The position numbers were made by a program, and so were the translations under genes. This document shows, piece by piece, positions 57,006 through 64,000 of a DNA stretch of 64,000 nucleotides; position 1 is the stretch's first letter, and every line of letters starts with the position of its first letter. Under the pieces are notes generated by a model. The model was not told where the DNA came from. It saw nothing but the letters and a program-made list of their open reading frames with translations, and searched no databases. The stretch is from Candidatus Eiseniibacteriota bacterium. Lineage in GTDB: Bacteria; Eisenbacteria; RBG-16-71-46; CAVPCR01. Location of the stretch: assembly GCA_963823555.1 (NCBI GenBank), contig CAWGMA010000001.1, forward strand, positions 32,001-96,000, given 5' to 3'.

Positions 57006-58411
57006 GACGCCGCATCGCGGTCGTCCTCATGATCGGCGCCATCGCCGGGCTGGTGCCACTCCACCGGGTCCGCGCCGATCTGGGAGATGAGGTCGAGGCC
57101 CCCATCCCCGCCGAGCAATCCTTCGAGAGCTTTCTCGACAGCCTGCAGACGCGGGACGCGACCGTGTCACGGCAAGGCGTGCGTGAGGAATGGCCGGCCG
57201 CCGATAGTCTGGCCGCTCTCGTGATCGAGCGTGGGCCCGCCGTTGCCGATTCGCTCTCTCAGTTCCCGCCGCCCAAGCGGTTCCAGTTCGACGGCGGGCC
57301 CAGTCTCATCACCTACAACCGCGTCGAGGGCTTTCGTCTCGGTGCCCGCCTCGAACTCAAGGGGGATCGGTTCTCGCTCACGGGCGCTGCGGGCTACGCC
57401 TTCTCCGCGGAGAGGTGGCGCCACCGCGAAGAATGGCGCTTCAATACAGAAAGTGCCGGGAGCTTCTTCGCCCACTATCGCGATCTCGTCGAGCCCTACG
57501 GTCTGCGGTTGCCCGAGGCGGCGAACAGCGTCTACGCGTTCTTTGCCGGTGCCGACGACATGGACTACCTGAGGCGGGAGGGATTCGGTTTCGGGTGGCG
57601 CGTGGGCGCGCAGCGGCGCTCCCTGGAGGCGGAGTTCGCAGTTCACGACGAATCGAGCGAACCCGCCCGCACGGACTGGAATCTGTTCTCCCGCGATCGC
57701 GGGCCGCGTCCGAATCCTGCCATCGACGAGGGGACGGCGCGCCGGATCATGATCACGGCTCGCTCGGCCCACGAGGTGCCCAGCCTCCGCGGGGCCGCCA
57801 TCGATCTCGACCTCGGCGTCGAGATCGCCGGCTATGGGCTCGGCGGTGACTTCGACTATGACCGCTACCAGCTCGAGATCGAGACCGACTTCCATGCGCT
57901 GGCCCGGGACGACGCCCGGCTGCGGCTTCTGGCCGGCGGCGCGCGCAACGGACTGCCCGTGCAGTCGCGCTTCTATCTGGGTGGTCCGGCGGCGCTCCGC
58001 GCCTATGGCGTGAATGAATTCTCCGGAGACCGCTTGCTCCATGCCTCGCTCGATTACCTGGTCGGCACCGATCCGATGGCGCGTCTCGGTCTCCGCCGGA
58101 TCCAGATCCAGTTCGTGCCCTTCGCGGAGATCGGAGCCGCCTGGTTCGATGACGACGGGCGCGGTCTGTTCTCGGAGCCGAGATCATCTGACTGGCGGAG
58201 CGATGCCGGCATCGGCTTCCAGCGCAACGTGTTCTTCGGCGCCACCCTCCGCTTCGATCTCGCCTACCGCCTCGACCGCGGCTCGGATCGCCTGACGACG
58301 CGCTTCGCCTTCAAGGCCCCGCTCTTCGATCGTCTGGCCGGCGAGGAGATGGAAGGTGGACGGCGGCGGGAGGAGAGACGGGAACGGCGCCGGGGCTCGG
58401 GGGACGACTAG
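57002..58411 (+). CDS. Outer-membrane beta-barrel, DUF5686/Omp85-like
   Basis: YNRVEGFRLG, FYLGGPAALRAY..NEFSGD (Omp85 loop-6-like) and DAGIGF...LRFDLAY. Confidence 0.7.
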   Translation: MRRRIAVVLMIGAIAGLVPLHRVRADLGDEVEAPIPAEQSFESFLDSLQTRDATVSRQGVREEWPAADSLAALVIERGPAVADSLSQFPPPKRFQFDGGPSLITYNRVEGFRLGARLELKGDRFSLTGAAGYAFSAERWRHREEWRFNTESAGSFFAHYRDLVEPYGLRLPEAANSVYAFFAGADDMDYLRREGFGFGWRVGAQRRSLEAEFAVHDESSEPARTDWNLFSRDRGPRPNPAIDEGTARRIMITARSAHEVPSLRGAAIDLDLGVEIAGYGLGGDFDYDRYQLEIETDFHALARDDARLRLLAGGARNGLPVQSRFYLGGPAALRAYGVNEFSGDRLLHASLDYLVGTDPMARLGLRRIQIQFVPFAEIGAAWFDDDGRGLFSEPRSSDWRSDAGIGFQRNVFFGATLRFDLAYRLDRGSDRLTTRFAFKAPLFDRLAGEEMEGGRRREERRERRRGSGDD

Positions 58412-60345
58412 CCGTTGCCCTTCACCGGCGAGGTCGCCGCGACCTGCGCCGCATCCGGGGCCGGCGCGCCGGAGCGAGTCGACTTGAGCTCCGAAACCGA
58501 GAGCTTGCGCAGCATCGAGCGCTTCTTCTGCTGATGGAGTTGCATGCGATGCAGCACGTTGTTGAGGAAGCGAGCAGCCTCGACGACATGCTGGCCCTTG
58601 TTGAGCATCACGCACTCGGCCCGTCCGCTCATGGCGGCGTCGGTCACCTCGGCGCGTGAAGGCGTGCCCTTCTGTGCCAGGTTCTCGAGCACCTGGGTCG
58701 CCCAGATGACCGGGACGTGCGCCGCCTCGCACAGCCAGAGGATTTCCTCCTGGACCTCGGCCAGGCGGTCGAAGCCCACCTCGACCGCAAGATCCCCGCG
58801 TGCCACCATGACTCCGATGGGTGGCGACTTGAGCCCCACCAGCAACAGACGCGGCAGGAGCTCGAACGCGCTCCGGTTCTCGATCTTGAGCATGACGCCG
58901 AGGTGAGCTCCGCCCCGCCGTGCCAGCTCGTCCTGAAGAAGCACGAGATCCTCCGGCGTGCGGACGAAGGACAGACCCACCATATCCGCATGCTTGACGG
59001 CCACATCGAGGTTGGCAAGGTCACGGCTCGTGAGCGGCGGGAGGCGGAGCCGGGAGTCCGGCAGATTGATGCCGCGGTCGGAGCGCAGCTGTGATCCCTT
59101 GCGGCGTGCCTGCTGGATCTCGACTCTCACTTCCTTCGCGCCCGCGCTGCGGATGACTCCGCTGATCCGGCCGTCGTCGAAGAAGATGCGCTCCCCGGTC
59201 TTCAAGTCGGGAAAGACCTCGGCCAGCGTGCAGGGGATGCGGGCCGGGATGGTCGTGCCGTCCGCCTGCGCGAGCGCCGGGCGGGCCGGCTCATCGGCGC
59301 TGGTGAGGATGACGGTATCCCCGGGGCAGATCCGGATCGGTTCCTCGACGAAGGGGAGGTTGCCGACCCGGCCCCATGCCACGGTCGTCCCCTCACGCTG
59401 CAGCTCGAGTGCGGTGCCCTCGAGCACGTAGGCACCGTGCTCCGCCTCCCCCCAGAGACCAGGGATGGCCTGGCTGTCGCTCGTCCCGGTGATGGTGAAG
59501 CCGCGCTCCTTGCCCCGGCAGTCGATGAAAGCCACGAAATCGCCTGGGCGTGCCCTGGCTACCAGCTCGGCGTCGATGGGAATCGCGGCGTCTGCCTCGG
59601 GAGGGGTGGCCGGGGACTCACCGCTCGAGTCGAGCCAGACCCGTGCCGGGGCCGCCATCCCGCCGCCTACGTTGCGCCGGGGCTTGATGCGGACCACATG
59701 TCGCCCCCCGGCGATGGTGCCGGTACGGAGCCTTGGGCCGGCGAGATCCATGAGCACACGGCAACTCCGTCCCTCTTCCTGCTCGGCGCGGCGCAGATGG
59801 GCGATCATGCGCATCCAGTCCGGGGCGTCGTCGTGGGCGCAGTTGATGCGCATGACGTCCATGCCGGCGGCGAGAAGCCCGCGCACGATCTCGTAGCGGT
59901 CGGCAGCCTCGCTTGGCATGGTGACCATGATGCGCACGTCGCGTCCCTTGGGTGGGGGACCCAGCAAGCGCGCGGCATGATCGGCGAGGAGCGCCGGCCC
60001 GGTGGTGAAATCGACCGGCGGGATGTCCCCCGGCGGTCGCGTCATCTCGAGCCCCGCCAGGCGGTGGAGGGCTTCCAGCACCGAATCGAGGCCGGCGAGG
60101 GTATGAGCCTCGGTCCGTCCCAGCGATGAGAGGCCCAGGGAGACGAGATCACGCTGCAGATCCCGGAGCTCGTTCTGGCGCAAGCCGAGGTAGTGGAGGA
60201 GATTGCGTGCACTCGGACGATAATCGGGGGCGACCTGGTCGACCTCGGCGGTGAATGAACGCTCGACGGCGAGGCACTCGTCCCGGATCTCGGTCAGGGC
60301 TCGGATCAGCGGGTTCAGATGAGGCGGGGTGAAGAGTGTCGTCAT
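58408..60345 (-). CDS. pyk: Pyruvate kinase, atypical long-N-terminus type lacking the C-terminal allosteric domain
   Basis: IMVTMP, MRINCAHD, MDLAGP, RGINLP, LSFVR, LKIEN, MVARGDLAVE, WATQVLE, PSRAEVTD and AECVMLNKG. Confidence 0.92.
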   Translation of the reverse strand: MTTLFTPPHLNPLIRALTEIRDECLAVERSFTAEVDQVAPDYRPSARNLLHYLGLRQNELRDLQRDLVSLGLSSLGRTEAHTLAGLDSVLEALHRLAGLEMTRPPGDIPPVDFTTGPALLADHAARLLGPPPKGRDVRIMVTMPSEAADRYEIVRGLLAAGMDVMRINCAHDDAPDWMRMIAHLRRAEQEEGRSCRVLMDLAGPRLRTGTIAGGRHVVRIKPRRNVGGGMAAPARVWLDSSGESPATPPEADAAIPIDAELVARARPGDFVAFIDCRGKERGFTITGTSDSQAIPGLWGEAEHGAYVLEGTALELQREGTTVAWGRVGNLPFVEEPIRICPGDTVILTSADEPARPALAQADGTTIPARIPCTLAEVFPDLKTGERIFFDDGRISGVIRSAGAKEVRVEIQQARRKGSQLRSDRGINLPDSRLRLPPLTSRDLANLDVAVKHADMVGLSFVRTPEDLVLLQDELARRGGAHLGVMLKIENRSAFELLPRLLLVGLKSPPIGVMVARGDLAVEVGFDRLAEVQEEILWLCEAAHVPVIWATQVLENLAQKGTPSRAEVTDAAMSGRAECVMLNKGQHVVEAARFLNNVLHRMQLHQQKKRSMLRKLSVSELKSTRSGAPAPDAAQVAATSPVKGNG

Positions 60346-60615
60346 ATCGGTCCGCGCGGGCAGTACCGCGACCGGGGCGAAGGTCGCTCCTGCCTCGACG
60401 CGATAGATGATCCCTCCATTGAGGATAGAGCCATAGCTCGCGGCGGGCAACCGGGGGACGGGCCGGTTCGGGGCAGCCCGGACGGGTTCCGAAGTGAGCC
60501 GACCAGGCCAGGTCGAAAGGTGATAAACTCATGTGAGATAGTGCGGCGATCCGGCCTCCGGTGGCCTGGCCCTGGCGGGGATCGCCCGCCTGCCATTGAC
60601 CCGAGGAGGCCAACG

Positions 60616-63612
60616 ATGCTCGTCACTGCGCCAGCCCCTCGCGCGGGCGCTGGAAAGCCCGCGCTGCTCCACCGCCTTGCTCTGCTCCTCTCCCTGGCCG
60701 CATGCCTCGTCCTCAACTTGACGGGCACTGCCCTTGCCGGTCAGATCGACCCGGATTACGAGCGCTACCTGTCGACGCTGGATGACCAGGCCATGGTCTC
60801 GGTCATCATCTACCTCGCCGACCAGGCGCCCCTCGCCGCCATCGATGCTCAGCTCCGTGCCGATCAGGCGACCCTCGTCGCACGCCACGAGCTCGTCGTG
60901 ACCACGCTTCAGGATGTGGCTGCCCAGACCCAGCCCGGACTCCTCGCCGATCTCGCGGCGCGGCAAGCGACGGGCAAGGTCGTGGGCTTCACGCCCTACT
61001 GGATCGCCAACCTGGTCGTGGCCCAGATGACCGTCGAGGCCGTGCGCGAGGTGGCGGCGCGGCCCGAGGTGGGTACGATCTACGCCAACTTCACCGTGTC
61101 CTTGATCGAGCCGGTGGGCGGGACGCCGGTGGCGCCGCCTCTTGGCGAGGAGCCCCAGCAGCTCGTGAACGCGGCCACCCCCGGCCTGCAGGCCATCAAT
61201 GCGCACCGGGTCTGGTACGAGCTCGGGATCACCGGCGCCGGCCGGCTCATCTGCGGCCTCGACACCGGGGTCATGGGGAGCCACGTGGCGCTGGGCTCGC
61301 GCTGGCGCGGGACCCATGTGCCGTGGCAGCACGCCTGGCTCGATGTCATCGGTACCAGCACCCAGTTCCCGACCGATACCCACGGCCACGGCACGCACAC
61401 CATGGGCACCATGACGGGCCTCGGTGTCGCCACCGGGGATACGGTCGGCGTGGCCTTCGGCGCCGAGTGGATCGCCTGCAACGCGATCAATCAGGGCGTG
61501 AGCTCCGAGTTCGACAACGACGTCATCACCGCCTTCCAGTGGATCGCCGATCCGGATGGCGACCCGCAGACGGTGGATGATGTGCCGGACGTGGTGCAGA
61601 ACTCGTGGCGCATCAACGAGAGCTTCCCCGGCGGCTATCAGGATTGCGATCCGCGCTGGTGGGCGGTCATGGACGGCTGCGAGGCGGCCGGCTGTGCCGT
61701 CGTCTTCTCGGCCGGGAACGAGGGACCGAGCGCGGGTACGATCGGTTCACCGCCTGACCGCATCACGACCCCGACCAATGCCTATGCGATCGGCGCGGTG
61801 AGCGCGCAGGCCGGGCAGCCCTTCCCGTTCACGATCGCCAGCTTCTCGAGCCGCGGCCCCTCGGGATGCCCGGGCACGGCCCAGGAGAAGATCAAGCCCG
61901 AGGTGTCAGCGCCAGGCGTCGAGGTCTACTCGACCACGAACAACGGCGGCTACCAGTCCTCGGGCTGGAGCGGCACCTCGATGGCCGGCCCCCATGTCTC
62001 GGGCATCTTCGCTCTCCTCCGTGAGGCCAACCCCAACCTCGACGTGACCACGATGAAGCAGCTCATCATGGACACGGCGCGGGATCTGGGCACCGCCGGC
62101 GAGGACAACACCTACGGCTGGGGCATCCCCGACGCCTACGCGGCGGTGAGCACCGTGCTCCAGGGCGTGGGCGAGATCTCGGGGGTCGTGACCCATGCCA
62201 CCCTTGGCATGCCCATCGCCGGCGCCACGGTCACCGTCGTCGGTGCCAACCGCACCTACACGACGAATGCCAGCGGGGAGTACCGCGGGTTCGCTCCGGC
62301 CGGCACCTACGACATCACGGCGAGTCATCCGGCCTTCGTGACCGGCACCCAGGCCGGTGTCGAGCTCGTGGTCGGGACGCCGACCACGGTCGACTTCGCA
62401 CTCACCGCGGCTCCCGATGGCGTGCCGCCCGATGTCAGCGGCACCACCTGCTTCTACGCCACGGATGATGTCGTCGGGCCTTACCCGATCGAGGCCACGG
62501 TCACCGACAATCTCGGCTTCATCGCCGGGGTGAGCCTTTTCTACCGCACGGCGCAGACCTGGATCGAGGTGCCGATGCCGCTCGTCGGTCCCAACCTCTA
62601 CCGGGCGGCGATCCCCGGCCAGCCGCTCGGGACCACGGTCGACTACTACGTCGAGGCCCGGGATGCGGCGCTCAATCCGGGTACGGATCCGCCGGGCGCG
62701 CCGAACACGACCTACAGCTTCGTCGTGGCCAATGCCAACCAGGTCTTCGCCGACGATGCGGAGCTGAACCTGGGCTGGACGCTCGGCCTCCCCACCGACA
62801 CCGCCACCACCGGGCGCTGGGTGCGCGAGGATCCGGTGCAGACGGTGAGCTCGACCAACCCGCAGCTCATCTACCAGCCGGAGGACGATCACACGCCCGC
62901 TCCCGGAGTCATCTGCTTCGTGACCGGGAACGGCGTACCGGGTGGAGCCCCGGGAGATCAGGACGTGGACGGCGGTTGCACGACCCTCGTTTCGCCCATC
63001 TTCGATGTCTCAGGCGCCCACGAGGCGATCGTCCGCTACTGGCGCTACTACACCAACGAGACCACGCTCGATGACATCTTCCAGGTCGACATCTCCTCGG
63101 ATGGCGGCGCCACCTGGCAGCCGCTCGAGCGCGTCGGCCCGGGGAGCGCGCATCCATGGCGCGAGTTCGAGAAGCAGCTGCGCTGCCTGGTCGACCTGAC
63201 GAGCCAGATGCAGCTCCGCTTCATCGCCTGCGACCAGGGCGGTGGATCGCTGACCGAGGCGTTGATCGATGACGTGTTCATCGGGCGCATCGATCTCGGC
63301 TCGACGGCGGTGAGCCCGGTGGACGCTCCCACCGGCCAGTTCCGGCTGGCGGCGGCCAAGCCGAACCCGTTCAACCCGGCGACCTTCGTCACCTACGAGA
63401 TCGCCACCCGGGATCATGTCGGGTTGCGCATCTATGACGTGAAGGGACGTCTGGTGCGCACGCTCGTCGACGGCATCGTCGATCCGGGCGTGTACACGGC
63501 GCTCTTCGACGGACGGGATGCCGGTGGGCGTGACCTCGCCAGCGGGACCTACTTCCTCCGTCTCGAGTCGAACGGAAACCGGGAGACGCAGAAGATAGCG
63601 CTCGTTCGCTAG
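60616..63612 (+). CDS. S8 subtilase (bacillopeptidase F-like) with carboxypeptidase-regulatory-like and beta-sandwich domains and FlgD-Ig CTD
   Basis: GAGGAGG RBS; triad motifs GLDTGV, HGHGTHTMGT and SGTSMAGPH; SAGNEG; CTD PNPFNP...FDGRD...SGTYF. Confidence 0.95.
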   Translation: MLVTAPAPRAGAGKPALLHRLALLLSLAACLVLNLTGTALAGQIDPDYERYLSTLDDQAMVSVIIYLADQAPLAAIDAQLRADQATLVARHELVVTTLQDVAAQTQPGLLADLAARQATGKVVGFTPYWIANLVVAQMTVEAVREVAARPEVGTIYANFTVSLIEPVGGTPVAPPLGEEPQQLVNAATPGLQAINAHRVWYELGITGAGRLICGLDTGVMGSHVALGSRWRGTHVPWQHAWLDVIGTSTQFPTDTHGHGTHTMGTMTGLGVATGDTVGVAFGAEWIACNAINQGVSSEFDNDVITAFQWIADPDGDPQTVDDVPDVVQNSWRINESFPGGYQDCDPRWWAVMDGCEAAGCAVVFSAGNEGPSAGTIGSPPDRITTPTNAYAIGAVSAQAGQPFPFTIASFSSRGPSGCPGTAQEKIKPEVSAPGVEVYSTTNNGGYQSSGWSGTSMAGPHVSGIFALLREANPNLDVTTMKQLIMDTARDLGTAGEDNTYGWGIPDAYAAVSTVLQGVGEISGVVTHATLGMPIAGATVTVVGANRTYTTNASGEYRGFAPAGTYDITASHPAFVTGTQAGVELVVGTPTTVDFALTAAPDGVPPDVSGTTCFYATDDVVGPYPIEATVTDNLGFIAGVSLFYRTAQTWIEVPMPLVGPNLYRAAIPGQPLGTTVDYYVEARDAALNPGTDPPGAPNTTYSFVVANANQVFADDAELNLGWTLGLPTDTATTGRWVREDPVQTVSSTNPQLIYQPEDDHTPAPGVICFVTGNGVPGGAPGDQDVDGGCTTLVSPIFDVSGAHEAIVRYWRYYTNETTLDDIFQVDISSDGGATWQPLERVGPGSAHPWREFEKQLRCLVDLTSQMQLRFIACDQGGGSLTEALIDDVFIGRIDLGSTAVSPVDAPTGQFRLAAAKPNPFNPATFVTYEIATRDHVGLRIYDVKGRLVRTLVDGIVDPGVYTALFDGRDAGGRDLASGTYFLRLESNGNRETQKIALVR

Positions 63613-63641
63613 AATCTACGAGATCGGCCAGTGGTCAGCGC

Positions 63642-63672
63642 GGGGCCCGGCGGAGTGGATCCGCCGGGCCCC
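63642..63672 (+). terminator. GC-rich hairpin after the S8 gene
   Basis: GGGGCCCGGCGGA-gtgga-TCCGCCGGGCCCC 13-bp perfect stem; weak U tract. Confidence 0.55.
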
Positions 63673-63881
63673 TGTCGCCTCTCCGGACACCGCCTGGCGC
63701 TCGCCCCCGCGACGCGGGCTCCCCGGCCGGGGTCCGAGTCTGTGCTAGGCTTTGGTTCGTACGCCCAGGCGATCCTCATCCTCCCCCCCTGCCCTGGCCG
63801 CCGATTCAAGCGGAGAAACATGATCGTACGTGGTGTGACCGCTCTTGGAACGAGCTGCCATGAGGCGGCTCCGGAGATCGG

Positions 63882-64000
63882 ATGATGTCGCGCCGGGGTT
63901 GGATCCTCGCCGGTGCCCTGCTCCTGATCGGGGCGCTCGCCGTCATTCGTGTCACGGTCCTCAGCAGTGGCCCGACCGGACCGGCGACTCGCTCGCCTGG
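63882..64000 (+). CDS. Start of an exported or membrane protein, 3'-truncated by window edge
   Basis: GGAG RBS, then MMSRRGWILAGALLLIGALAVIRV..., open to the window end. Confidence 0.55.
   Translation, partial: MMSRRGWILAGALLLIGALAVIRVTVLSSGPTGPATRSP

Noticed and set aside
60515..60545. GTGATAAACTCATG as a Rex/CRP-like site between pyk and the S8 gene
   Set aside because: The palindrome is too imperfect to support a call.
1..64000. CRISPR arrays, tRNA/rRNA, transposases, integrases, prophage genes
   Set aside because: No regularly spaced repeats, RNA gene signatures or mobile-element motifs were recognised; intergenic gaps are short.

Overview
High-GC (roughly 65-70% by eye), gene-dense chromosomal DNA from a diderm bacterium. 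The many secreted proteins ending in a PNPF(N)P...WDG...SGVY FlgD-Ig/T9SS-type C-terminal domain suggest an FCB-related lineage such as Ca. Eisenbacteria, Krumholzibacteriota or Latescibacterota (inference). About 37 CDS are supported; I found no RNA genes, CRISPR or mobile elements. Contents: (1) PFK, a membrane GAF protein and an alpha-2-macroglobulin/PBP1C pair. (2) Eight CTD-tagged secreted proteins: three gingipain-like C25 proteins, a beta-helix protein, an M28 peptidase, a CotA-like multicopper oxidase, an S8 protease and a PHP-like hydrolase. (3) A poly-gamma-glutamate locus (pgsB-pgsC-pgsW) with no capA/capD, surrounded by beta-barrels, lipoproteins and an acyltransferase-like protein. 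(4) A hemerythrin-like/Crp-Fnr/multicopper oxidase module with a perfect FNR box. (5) Housekeeping genes (threonine synthase-like, SDR, M50-CBS, crotonase, citrate synthase, atypical pyruvate kinase). The most notable findings are a candidate diderm PGA export/anchoring system, a PgsW fusion with an internal signal peptide, a circularly permuted PHP hydrolase, and two C25 proteins with the catalytic His replaced by Trp. All family calls come from motif recognition by eye, not database searches.
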